A stretch of 64,000 nt of DNA from Desulfobacteraceae bacterium. Lineage in GTDB: Bacteria; Desulfobacterota; Desulfobacteria; Desulfobacterales; Desulfosarcinaceae. Both the position numbers and the translations under genes were made by a program. The stretch spans positions 15,207-79,206 of the forward strand of contig JBNLFN010000052.1 in NCBI GenBank assembly GCA_050305555.1. The letters are read 5' to 3'. Position 1 is the stretch's first letter. Each line of letters starts with the position of its first letter. The notes under the pieces were generated by a model. That model searched no databases. It worked only from the letters and a program-made list of their open reading frames with translations, and was not told where the DNA came from. This document shows positions 1-9,276 of this stretch, piece by piece.

Positions 1-335
1 AGAAGGGCTAAATCTTTTCCTTTCCAATAGTATGAAGCAGAGTGTCCCATATCGTATTGACCCAGCTTAACCATATCCAGGACACCAAAAGGCGATTTGT
101 GCTTGTTGGAGGAATCGATTCGAATGGTAAATTTACCACCACTCATGGTTTTGACCATTTTGGCCATGTTGGTGACGGTATCCGTAAACGGGGGCAAGTT
201 TGATCCCCAGGTCATGGCCAGTTTCCAGGTCACCTTTTTCTCAGCAGCATTGGCCACACCGCTCAACAGGGTTGCCACAAATAAGAGGGTTAAAAAAATC
301 CCAACCCTACTGCGGGCATTTTTTGAAAACTTCAT
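1..335 (-). CDS. TRAP transporter solute-binding protein, N-terminal part (gene runs off left edge)
   Basis: Reverse translation from ATG at 335 gives MKFSKNARSRVGIFLTLLFVATLLSGVANAAEKKVTWKLAMTWGSNLPPF...YYWKGK. It has a signal peptide and aligns with the complete TRAP binding protein at 59258..60343 (PF..LD.V..G....YW.GK). AAGGAG lies upstream. It is absent from the ORF track because it is open at the edge. Confidence 0.75.
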   Translation of the reverse strand, partial: MKFSKNARSRVGIFLTLLFVATLLSGVANAAEKKVTWKLAMTWGSNLPPFTDTVTNMAKMVKTMSGGKFTIRIDSSNKHKSPFGVLDMVKLGQYDMGHSASYYWKGKDLAL

Positions 336-920
336 CAGGTATCTCCTTTGAATACGTTAAAGGGTATATATAGAATTGTTTTTCTGGGAGAGAGGGATCT
401 CCTTCTCGTTTACGTCACACCCAAAAAAACAAGGACAGCCGTCGTTTTTTTAAATCTTTCCTGCCAAGTGCTTTATGCATTTATTAAAGGACAAGGCCGC
501 TATAGACAAAAAAATATGGCTGAAGCGTCGCTTTTTGGGTCTGAAATGTATGATTTGGGGTGTGAATCAAACACGAATTTATAATGGCGGTGTTTTCCCC
601 ATTGTTGCAAAAGTCGGAGGGCTTCGAACAGACCACGGCGACCAAGGGTGAAGCGTACCAGGGTCGGCAGACCCGAACGTCGTTTTTTACAGATGAACGG
701 CCTGTTTTTGCGGACCAACGGTTGATTTTTACCCACTTTATATCTTTGTGGCCGTGCGGATTGTTCCAAAAGCGTTTGAAATACCAATGCATATTAATTA
801 ATTCAAGCGTTGGGAAAGGCTTAGATGGAATGCAAGCCCACCCATTTTACATCCGGTGCTTTTTGGTTTACACTGCGGGCATAGATCTGAAAGTGTTTGT
901 TGACTGGTTTAGAGATCGTT

Positions 921-1697
921 ATGGAAATTAAATGCCTGATTGTTGATGATGAAACGCCTGCCGTGGATGAACTGAATTTTATTCTCTCTGGGATTGCAGG
1001 AGTTGTTGTAATTGGGTCGTCCCATAGTGCCGCACACGCGATTAAAACCATTCGTGCAACCCACCCGGATCTTGTTTTTCTTGATATCAAAATGCCGGGC
1101 CGAGACGGTTTTGACGTGGTTCAGGCATGTGCATTCTATCAGAAAACGCCATTCTTCGTGTTTGCCACGGCCTATGATGAGCACGCTGTTAAGGCATTTG
1201 AAGCCAGCGCGGTTGATTATATTCTTAAGCCATTTCAGGTTGATCGTGTTAAAAGCAGCGTCGAGCGGGTTAAAAATTTAATGCTGACCCAGCGGCAGGG
1301 GAGCCTCTGCGGGCAATTGGAGAAATTGGTTGAGCGTATCCCTCCACCGGCCAACCCAATAGCCAAGATCAGCGTGGAGCACAAAGGTCGCATATTGCTT
1401 TTAGACCCGGACAAAATTGTTTATTGCAAAGCGGAAAAGAAGGAGATTCTGGTTTGCACCGATAGGCCATGTTACACCCTTCACGGGGCGGTAAGCCTTG
1501 ACACTTTAGAGCTTAGGCTCAAGACTTACGGTTTTTTCAGGTCCCATCGCGGCTATTTGGTAAATCTGGCCTGCGTTAAAGAAGTTGCTCCGTGGTTTAA
1601 TGGTAAATATATACTCACCACAACCGATCAAGCATCCACAGAGGTGCCGGTCAGTCGAAGACGGGTCAAACCGCTAAAAGCGCAACTGGGTTTATAG
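921..1697 (+). CDS. LytTR-family response regulator (receiver + LytTR DNA-binding domain)
   Basis: MEIKCLIVDDE...DLVFLDIKMPGRDGF receiver motifs; the C-terminal half is LytTR-like (FFRSHRGYLVNL). I prefer the ATG at 921 over the track start at 897. Confidence 0.85.
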   Translation: MEIKCLIVDDETPAVDELNFILSGIAGVVVIGSSHSAAHAIKTIRATHPDLVFLDIKMPGRDGFDVVQACAFYQKTPFFVFATAYDEHAVKAFEASAVDYILKPFQVDRVKSSVERVKNLMLTQRQGSLCGQLEKLVERIPPPANPIAKISVEHKGRILLLDPDKIVYCKAEKKEILVCTDRPCYTLHGAVSLDTLELRLKTYGFFRSHRGYLVNLACVKEVAPWFNGKYILTTTDQASTEVPVSRRRVKPLKAQLGL

Positions 1698-1708
1698 GTT
1701 TAGGCGAC

Positions 1709-3448
1709 ATGGATACCTTGTCATACGCAGAGAACATACTGCCCATCATCAAGTTGTTTTTGTCGCTGGCAGAGCATTTCGGTCTCATATCGGCCGTCGC
1801 CTTTATTTTGCTTTCAACGCGTACCTTGCAACGCATGATAGCAAGGGAATTGACCGTCCAGGACAAAATTGCGCTGATCCTCTTTTTTGGCGCGTTTGGC
1901 ATATTCGGCACCTATGATGGGGACCCCATACAAGGTGTCATTGCAAATCTGCGGGCCATCAGTATGATTCTGGCCGGCCTGATCGGTGGGCCTGTGGTGG
2001 GGATCGGCGCCGGATTGATTGCCGGCGGCCATCGCTTTTTCATTGAGATGGATGGCTTTAGTTCACTGCCATGTGCATTGGGCACCATATTGGAAGGAGT
2101 GGCTGCCGGCGTGGTCTCCATGCGATTGAAAAACGGTGCCCTGAATTGGCGCGTGGCGGTCATATTAGGTGTTTTGGGTGAATCCGTTCACATGGGTCTG
2201 GTGCTGTTGATGGCCCAGCCTTTTGAAACAGCGCTATCCGTGGTCCGGCTGATCGGTATCCCGATGATTATATCGAATGCGCTGGGCGCCGGTTGTTTGA
2301 TCGAAATGATTCGTATCGTGGTTCGCAACCGAGAGCGCAGAGCATCCATTCAAGCGCGCAAGGCCATGACCATTGCGAACCAGACCGTCATTCATTTGCG
2401 TGAAGGGCTTAATGAAGCTTCAGCGCTGGCCACGGTAAAAATTATTCATGAACAAACACGGGTGGCGGCTGTAGCGATTACGGACACAAGGCAACTATTG
2501 GCATATGTTGGCATCGATGATGATGACTACCGACCGGGTCAGGATTTGTGCACCAGTACCACCACCACGGTGTTAAGGACAGGAGAGCCGGTTTTTGCGT
2601 CTAGCAGCACGGCAGTGGGAGAAGAGGTGCCCGATCAGATGTTCCAATCGGCCATCGTGGTGCCGTTGAAAAAAACAGGCGAAATCATCGGCGCATTGAA
2701 ATTATATGGTGACAAAAAACACACCCTAAACCACATCGACTTTGAAATCGCCAATGGATTGGCTAATTTGTTTTCGACCCAGCTTGAACTTCAAGACATT
2801 CAAATCAAGTCCCAGTTATTGGACCGCGCCGAGATTAAGCGGCTGCAGGCTCAGATCAACCCGCATTTTCTGTTTAACTCCTTGAATACCATCGCTTCCT
2901 TTTGTCGCACCAACAGCCAGCATGCAAGACAATTGCTGTTGGAATTGTCCAATTATCTTCGCCGAAACATAAAAGACAAACGTCAATACATCCCATTGGA
3001 TGACGAGTTGAAGCAGATCAAGTCCTATCTGGCCATTGAGCACGCGCGTTTTGGCGACCGAATACAGTTTGAGATGGATATCAAATCCGACGCCAAAGAG
3101 TGGCCGATGCCGCCGCTCATCATCCAGCCCTTGGTTGAAAATGCTGTAAAACACGGGCTCTCATGCAAAGAAGAGGGCGGCAAAGTATGGGTGCATGCCG
3201 GCCAAAAAAACGGTGTTTTACATATTCAGGTCAAAGACAACGGCATCGGTATTTCGGAAAAAGCCATCGCACATGTATTCAGCAAGCACGGTTCGGATTC
3301 CGCCAATCCAAGTATGGGGCTGAGAAACGTGAACCAGCGGTTGGAGCACATTTACGGCCCCTCGTCCGGCATTCAAATAGAGAGTGCTTTTCAAAGTGGA
3401 ACAACGATTATCATGAACCTGCCATTGCCAAAGGACCTCGTCAATTAA
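1709..3448 (+). CDS. LytS/YehU-type sensor histidine kinase
   Basis: Multi-TM N-terminus, a central GAF-like region, the NPHFLFNSLNTI motif of LytS-type His_kinase, and a C-terminal HATPase (ENAVKHG, DNGIGI). It starts 12 nt after the response regulator. Confidence 0.85.
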   Translation: MDTLSYAENILPIIKLFLSLAEHFGLISAVAFILLSTRTLQRMIARELTVQDKIALILFFGAFGIFGTYDGDPIQGVIANLRAISMILAGLIGGPVVGIGAGLIAGGHRFFIEMDGFSSLPCALGTILEGVAAGVVSMRLKNGALNWRVAVILGVLGESVHMGLVLLMAQPFETALSVVRLIGIPMIISNALGAGCLIEMIRIVVRNRERRASIQARKAMTIANQTVIHLREGLNEASALATVKIIHEQTRVAAVAITDTRQLLAYVGIDDDDYRPGQDLCTSTTTTVLRTGEPVFASSSTAVGEEVPDQMFQSAIVVPLKKTGEIIGALKLYGDKKHTLNHIDFEIANGLANLFSTQLELQDIQIKSQLLDRAEIKRLQAQINPHFLFNSLNTIASFCRTNSQHARQLLLELSNYLRRNIKDKRQYIPLDDELKQIKSYLAIEHARFGDRIQFEMDIKSDAKEWPMPPLIIQPLVENAVKHGLSCKEEGGKVWVHAGQKNGVLHIQVKDNGIGISEKAIAHVFSKHGSDSANPSMGLRNVNQRLEHIYGPSSGIQIESAFQSGTTIIMNLPLPKDLVN

Positions 3449-3812
3449 GGGTAGATAGAACGCCTATTCGGGATAGTCCAATACCACCTCAAATGTGACC
3501 GTATCCACGACCACGACAGGGGACCACGACAGGGTCGCATCTTAATTATTCATTATTAACACTATCCAAACACAGATAGATATTTAGGTTTGATAGTCAT
3601 ATAAATGGGTTAGAGTTGATTGCCGGCGTTTTGTTCCAAAAGGATCATCGTGGGCAAAATCAATTACGGGTGTGTGAAATATTTGCCTTTATATAGAGGA
3701 TGTGTTCTAAATTATAGAATGGTGTCGTCATAATACCGTCGCCATGTCGTTGTCGTGTCGTGTTCTTTTGATCCTGCGTTGTTTCAGAACCCAATTCATG
3801 TGGAGATGATGG

Positions 3813-5390
3813 ATGATCAGAGTTGTGCTGGCTGTTTTTCTGGTGTTGATGATGGGTTGTTCAGGTGGCGGTTCGGGATCAGGTTCAGGAGGCGGTTCGG
3901 ACGGTTCTGACGCATGGACCATTGCCATTGATACAACGGGCAGCGGCACTGCATTAAATCCAGCTCTGCTTGGCCACTACGATCTTTCCGGCGTACTATA
4001 TGACTATGCCAATATCGGCGGACTGATATCCGCCATGGGCGAAGTCGGTTTTGCCCAATGGCGCATCGGTGCGGGGCGCTGGGAGCAAGGTTCTGAACTG
4101 CTGGCCATCCTTACCGATTCAACCGTATGCCCCCCTTCTTCCGGTATTTTTTCCACCACAGCCACCACGGATGCGCAGTTGATGGCGGCCAGGGACTGGT
4201 TTACGTACACCGACGGCAGCCCGGTGTCCCTTGGGGATACTGCCGATAACGGACGTTACTATTTGGACTACATTCGTTCAGTGGTTGATGCGACACAGCT
4301 TTTTGGCACCGAATCTTTTGTATCCATCGACATCATGCCCCGTGCCTTGTCCAATAATCAAACTGCCAATCGCGTGGATTGCGGTACCACCTTCATGAAC
4401 GCGGTCTCCAACAACCAGCCGCAGGATTCGACCGTTTTTGCCAGTGCGGTGACGGGTCTGGTTCAGCGTGTGGTTGAAGGGACCGGCACCCAAACCGGCA
4501 GTGAGCGCCCGCGCAATGTGACCTATTGGGAGGTTTGGAATGAGCCCGAGTTTTTATACTTCTGGCAACCGGGTTGGACAGATCCTTCGCTCTTTTTTGA
4601 TATGGCCGTGCCGGTTCTGGTTGCCCTGGATGCATATCGTACCAGTTCCGGCAATTCGGGGCTAAAATTCGGCCTGGGCAGTTTTGCCTATGAAGCAACC
4701 GCCATTGCCACCCTGAACCAATTTGACGTGGTGCCGGTGCCCATGGATTTTATCTCTTTTCATGGCTATGATGACGATCCGCTGGTGATTGTGGACAAGA
4801 TTGAGCAGGTGGCCGCGGCGGCCCAAAGTTCCACCAACTACCAGGATGTAGAAATTGTCCTGGCCGAGTGGGGTCCGGATTTGGCCACCCGTGTCGGAGA
4901 TCAGATCTATGCAGCGGGAATGGGGCCGCCACTGCATGCGGCTACTGTAATTGCCTTGGGTGCGGCTGCTGGTCTGGATATGGCGCATCATGCCATATTC
5001 TACGATTACCATCCCGCCGTCGCATTGGGGTTGGTAGATAACAGCGGCCAGCCGCGAACACTCTATCGGGGGTACGAGCTAATGGCCAAGGTGATCGTTC
5101 CGGGTGCGGTGCGTTTGTCGCCCGCAGGATTTGGTGATGGCAAGCTCGATGCGGGAATGGGGGCGGTCCTGGTCTCACGCGATGGCGGCGGCGCCATTCG
5201 CGTATTGCTTGTAAATCGGAATACCGGCCGACGCACCGTAACGGTTGAACTGAATGGTGTGGCGACGGCCCCCAATATCATATATGCCTTTGACGGGAGC
5301 GATGATCCCATCGATCCGTTAAGAACCGTCGCATCCACCGGGACGGATGTTGTGCTGCCCGCCAATTCATTGATGGTGCTCGAGTTTTAG
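3813..5390 (+). CDS. lipoprotein, clan GH-A-like glycoside hydrolase
   Basis: Lipobox LVLMMGC followed by a Gly/Ser linker. YWEVWNEPEF (acid/base NEP motif of TIM-barrel GH-A enzymes) and LAEWG (candidate nucleophile). GH family not assigned. Confidence 0.5.
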   Translation: MIRVVLAVFLVLMMGCSGGGSGSGSGGGSDGSDAWTIAIDTTGSGTALNPALLGHYDLSGVLYDYANIGGLISAMGEVGFAQWRIGAGRWEQGSELLAILTDSTVCPPSSGIFSTTATTDAQLMAARDWFTYTDGSPVSLGDTADNGRYYLDYIRSVVDATQLFGTESFVSIDIMPRALSNNQTANRVDCGTTFMNAVSNNQPQDSTVFASAVTGLVQRVVEGTGTQTGSERPRNVTYWEVWNEPEFLYFWQPGWTDPSLFFDMAVPVLVALDAYRTSSGNSGLKFGLGSFAYEATAIATLNQFDVVPVPMDFISFHGYDDDPLVIVDKIEQVAAAAQSSTNYQDVEIVLAEWGPDLATRVGDQIYAAGMGPPLHAATVIALGAAAGLDMAHHAIFYDYHPAVALGLVDNSGQPRTLYRGYELMAKVIVPGAVRLSPAGFGDGKLDAGMGAVLVSRDGGGAIRVLLVNRNTGRRTVTVELNGVATAPNIIYAFDGSDDPIDPLRTVASTGTDVVLPANSLMVLEF

Positions 5391-5435
5391 CTTTGGACTC
5401 CGGATAGTTTTAGGTAAAATCGCTTCTAGTATCCT

Positions 5436-5744
5436 TTATGAAGTGCTCAAGATGCTCAAGGCCGGGGCAAAATAAACGATGCCGTCATTGAAAATATGCT
5501 CTCTTGGCGTCACAGTGGCTTTAACGTGTATTGCGGTCCCACTATATGGCCAAACAATGACCCGGGACTTGAGGATCTGGCCCGCTACATCATCCGCGCC
5601 TGTTTCTCTGCCGAGCGTATGACCTATGTTGCGGCCAGGGACACATTGGATGGACATGCTGAGGATAGTTCACTGATCAAGAAAATATTGGTGCATTTAC
5701 GATTGTGGGATACAAGGACACCACGACCCGACCCAACTGGATGA
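5436..5744 (+). pseudogene. IS91-family (Y2, rolling-circle) transposase remnant
   Basis: ..YEVLKMLKAGAK* then, after a frame change, KINDAVIENMLSWRHSGFNVYCG...LARYIIRACFSAERMTY and a terminal IKKILVHLRLWDTRTPRP. These are conserved C-terminal blocks of IS91/Y2 transposases. The N-terminus is missing and an internal deletion is likely. Confidence 0.55.
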
Positions 5745-6233
5745 TACGCATATGCCCGCCATTGAAACTGAACTTGCCTACGATTACACCTGCTTCTGGC
5801 CGGCGTAGCCATAGGCTTCTATGGCGAAGACGGATCACAACGGCCGCCCATTGATTATTGGACCCAATAAGGGATCTAACCATGGCAAAAATTTTGTTTA
5901 CAGGCCATAGCGTATCACTGCGTTCAAAATCAGGCTATTTTGGCTTTCCGCCAAGGCGGCGATGTTGATTTCCGGGGTCGGAGCACAAGGACCGCGCAAT
6001 GGTCAGCCGACCAACTTTTCCTTACACAACACCTTGTATTGAAAGCAGTATTAACACACAAGCATCGCTTGCCTATACTCAGCCGCGTAAAAAGCAGCTT
6101 CTTATCCTTTATAGGAGAGAAATTGGGCCTATGATATAAACGACGTTGAACACAATGCCGTTGTGATCCGGACCCTATCTGATGTATTCTCCAGCCTCCA
6201 CGGCGAATCTGGATTGTCTCCTGCGGTGATTTA

Positions 6234-6593
6234 TCAGGATACAATCAGCTTTGCTTTCATACCGCTGTGCCCCCAGCCGCAAAATTTGGTGCACTTGATG
6301 GTGAATTCACCTTTTTTATCGGCCACGAATTCGATGGTCACCATCTCGTTTTTCGGCAACGCACGATCGATATTATACGCTTTGATCCCGAAACCGTGGT
6401 CTCGGTCCGTGGCAGTGATCTGCAGGACCACCTTGTCCCCCAGGTTCACTTTTATCGTATCCGGGGTAAAATCATATTTTTTGGCCATGATTTGAAACGT
6501 TTTGGTTTCCTGTGCATACAGATCGCTGGCACCGGCCAGCAAAGCAATCGCTACTAACAAATATATCCATCGATAAAATCGTTTATCCAACAT
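6234..6593 (-). CDS. cupredoxin-domain copper-binding protein (secreted)
   Basis: From MLDKRFYRWIYLLVAIALLAGA (signal) to ...HGFGI...CTKFCGWGHSGMKAKLIV (Cys-x3-Cys-x-x-His-x-x-Met copper-site-like). GGAGG lies upstream of the ATG at 6593. Confidence 0.65.
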   Translation of the reverse strand: MLDKRFYRWIYLLVAIALLAGASDLYAQETKTFQIMAKKYDFTPDTIKVNLGDKVVLQITATDRDHGFGIKAYNIDRALPKNEMVTIEFVADKKGEFTIKCTKFCGWGHSGMKAKLIVS

Positions 6594-6673
6594 GACACAC
6601 CTCCTTTTTCTACAACATTGGCATGATTCAACGATCAAGCAACCGGGTATCCGATCTCTTCCAATAAATAGGA

Positions 6674-6919
6674 TCAATGACATGCCGGCGGCTGCCCTCC
6701 TGTAGCCCTTTTCAGCCGGTCAAGGTATCGTTGCCAGAATCCTTTTTTCTTCTTTGCAGTGAACTTGTCCGGGTTCGCCTCAAATGCCGCCTTGCACCCT
6801 TGGGCGCAAAAATAAAATGCGACACCGTTGTGGCAATATTTTGCAGGTGCCTTGGCCGGATCCACCACCATGTTGCAGACCGGATCGATAAAATGATCTT
6901 TTTTGATAAGCTGAGCCAT
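6674..6919 (-). CDS. YHS/TRASH-domain metal-binding protein
   Basis: MAQLIKKDHFIDPVCNMVVD...YFCAQGCKAAFEANPDKF is the YHS domain pattern. Confidence 0.7.
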   Translation of the reverse strand: MAQLIKKDHFIDPVCNMVVDPAKAPAKYCHNGVAFYFCAQGCKAAFEANPDKFTAKKKKGFWQRYLDRLKRATGGQPPACH

Positions 6920-6964
6920 AAGGCACCTCTCATTTGTTTTTGAAACCATTTCAATGCATGATCC

Positions 6965-7327
6965 TTATTGCAGATCCTGCTTCATGCTTTCATATTCAAG
7001 TTTGCTGATTTCACCGCTGGCGTAGCGCCGCTTTAAAATCTCCAAGGCGTTGAAGTCGACCGAATCATTTCGAACGGTATCGTCCGATGAACTGTGGCGC
7101 GTAATCATACCTGAAACCAGCAGACCAAGGGCTGTTAGTACAGCCATCCAAAAAATAATCATGATAATGCCCCTACCTCCGCCTCCCATCATCATGTGGT
7201 GCGGCATAACCCAGGCACCATAGCCATAACCGAAATAGTTCTGGTGATTGTTGAGAAACCAGATGCCGATAGCGATTAATGCGACAGAAATTCCCAGGCT
7301 GATCAATGTACTGGTTTTCCTATTCAT
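6965..7327 (-). CDS. SHOCT-domain membrane protein with Met/His-rich segment
   Basis: Two TM segments, MPHHMMMGGGG, and a C-terminal ALEILKRRYASGEISKLEYESMKQDL (SHOCT motif). Confidence 0.65.
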   Translation of the reverse strand: MNRKTSTLISLGISVALIAIGIWFLNNHQNYFGYGYGAWVMPHHMMMGGGGRGIIMIIFWMAVLTALGLLVSGMITRHSSSDDTVRNDSVDFNALEILKRRYASGEISKLEYESMKQDLQ

Positions 7328-7489
7328 GAGATCCTCCTTTTTTTCACCGCAGACTCAAATCTCCAGGGCCGGTGTAAACCGTTGCCCCGGAGTTGACCGG
7401 CAATTGCCAGCAATAACCTCGTCGAAACCTTCGGCTCTGATAATCTTTGGGATTGTTTGTTATTCACAAAATCCTTGCTATCTCAATAC

Positions 7490-7505
7490 AGCAAACGCTA
7501 TGCCA
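7490..7505 (-). promoter_or_regulatory. sigma-54 (-24/-12) promoter candidate for the SHOCT-YHS-cupredoxin genes
   Basis: The minus strand reads TGGCAT-AGCGT-TTGCT with correct GG-N10-GC spacing, about 160 nt upstream of the ATG at 7327. Confidence 0.55.
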
Positions 7506-7711
7506 TCAATATAGGCTAAATAGGTATACAATAATATCTAATTGTTTTAATAGTGTTTTTCTGATGCAACTCCAAATAGTGAGGCGGTATTGAAATGGAT
7601 TTTAGATGAGTAGGCTGTGTAAAATCGAATCAGCAAGGCTGATTTTTAGAATGGGTGTGGGTAAAAAGAACCCGCTGATGGGAAAGCGTTTTCGAATGCG
7701 CGCTTTTATTA

Positions 7712-8056
7712 TTAAACACCATAGCCTTTTAGCCTATTGTGCAGTGTTTTTCGAGTGATACCCAACCTTCGGGCTGTTTCGCTCTTATTTCCGCCAGTGG
7801 CGTTTAAGATCGCTAATATAGCTTCTTTTTCTATCCCCTCCAGGGAACGTTGCCGTTCGTTGCCAAAAGCATTGACATCGATATCTCTTGCTGGTCTGGG
7901 TAGCTTGGACACAACAGGGTCGCCCAAATCCGATATTTTAAGCCGACCGTCGGCAAAATATCCATCATTGGTTGAACCTTGGCCTGATATAGGGCCAGTT
8001 GCACATAAATAAAGGCTCATTGGATCGTGGCTTAGACAGCTTTGCTTGAGCAGCAC
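7712..8056 (-). pseudogene. C-terminal fragment of a sigma-54 enhancer-binding protein (Fis-type HTH only)
   Basis: Ends ...LEGIEKEAILAILNATGGNKSETARRLGITRKTLHNRLKGYGV. No AAA+ domain precedes it, and the upstream part of the ORF overlaps the IS relic. Confidence 0.6.
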
Positions 8057-9060
8057 TGTCTTGCTCTATGATATTTTGTACCAGCACCATTATGTTTTGA
8101 ATGGCTGAAGTCAAATACTCCCGGATTTTGACCCGCCAAAGTCTTCTCCAGCGTGCGCGTTGGTATCCATATCTTGTGCTATGTGCAAAAGAGCGCTCCA
8201 TCAAGTGTTGGCGCTTGTTAATATCGCTCTTTGCCTGACGAGTTTGTGATTGCATCAGCATCTGGTCTAAATCGTCCTGGCGCACATGGCGTTTGACAGT
8301 TCGACCTTGTTTGGACCGAGAGCATTGCGGTTTGAGTTTGCAGTTGTTGCATATCTTTGCCGGTAATGAATACCCTAAATGGTTGCGCTTCTTTTTAAAC
8401 TTGCGTGGTCAAGCAGTTCGCCGGCAGGACAGATAAAAAGATCTTCATCCGGGTTATAAACAAAATCCGACGGTTTGAATATGCCCCTGCGTGTGCCGAC
8501 GTCTTTATTGTTTTTATCAAACGATTCAAAGGGCAGGGCAATGTTACGATCGCAGCAGGCCAGATAGTTGTCGATGGTGCCATATTTGCTGTCTGCCACT
8601 GCCGTCTTTACTGACTTGCCGGTATTGGCTTGATGCAGGTCAATCAACGGGGTTAACAGATGGGCTTCGTTTTTTCTCCAGGGCTGACATCGGTGGCGGT
8701 GATGACACCGCATTTTTCATCTATTGCACGATGAATTTTATATTTGACTCCAGAGCGCCCCGGCCCCATGCGAACAACTGAAGCATCAGGATCTGTAGTG
8801 GAGATATGTTTGCGGTTGGCTTTGCCCTTTTTGGGTTCGTGATCGTACTGCTGTTCCAGTCGGGCTTCTAGTTCGCGATAGCTTTTGTTTAAATTTCGCT
8901 TCAGTGAGTGTTGGTTGACCACTGAGTTATTAGAGGCATCGGCCTGAACCATGCTGGCATTCACGGCATAGGTGGCCCGGGCGGCCTCGATGCAGCAACA
9001 TATGACTGGCGCAACCCAGTGGTCGAGGTGATCATCGAGCGCATCCGGTAACCTGTCCCG
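7965..9060 (-). mobile_element. IS1182/IS5-like transposase gene, 5'-truncated and frameshifted
   Basis: Three consecutive minus-strand ORF pieces in different frames (8653..9144, 8375..8713, 7965..8285). They carry VQADASNN..DPDASVV, ADSKYGT..FVYNPDEDLFICPAGE and MERSFAHSTRYGYQRARWRRLWRVKI blocks typical of this transposase family. Confidence 0.65.
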
Positions 9061-9270
9061 GTGAAAAGAATCAATTTCGAACTGGCCCGTTCCACGGAAC
9101 AGGAGAAGCAGTCCCAGCTTGAGCGCCTGGCCGCCTTTCAGCAACCCCGCACCGAACAGGCGCCCGAAACCCTTGGGCGCCTCAAGGCCGTGGCCCTGGA
9201 GGGTGGCAATATCTTTGCGGAATTGATGGAGACGGTGCGGGTGTGCAGTTTGGGGCCTATCAAGACAGCC
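9061..9270 (+). pseudogene. fragment resembling the end of a methylmalonyl/isobutyryl-CoA mutase catalytic domain
   Basis: EQEKQSQLERLAAFQQPRTEQAPETLGRLKAVALEGGNIFAELMETVRVCSLG matches the ..RL..FR..RD......L..L...A..G.N.....V.A.R...T.GE. block of B12 mutases. No start context and no remainder of the gene. Confidence 0.4.
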
Positions 9271-9276
9271 TGCGGA

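Noticed and set aside
97-351. 84-aa plus-strand ORF at the left edge
   Set aside because: The opposite strand encodes a convincing TRAP binding-protein N-terminus with a signal peptide and RBS.
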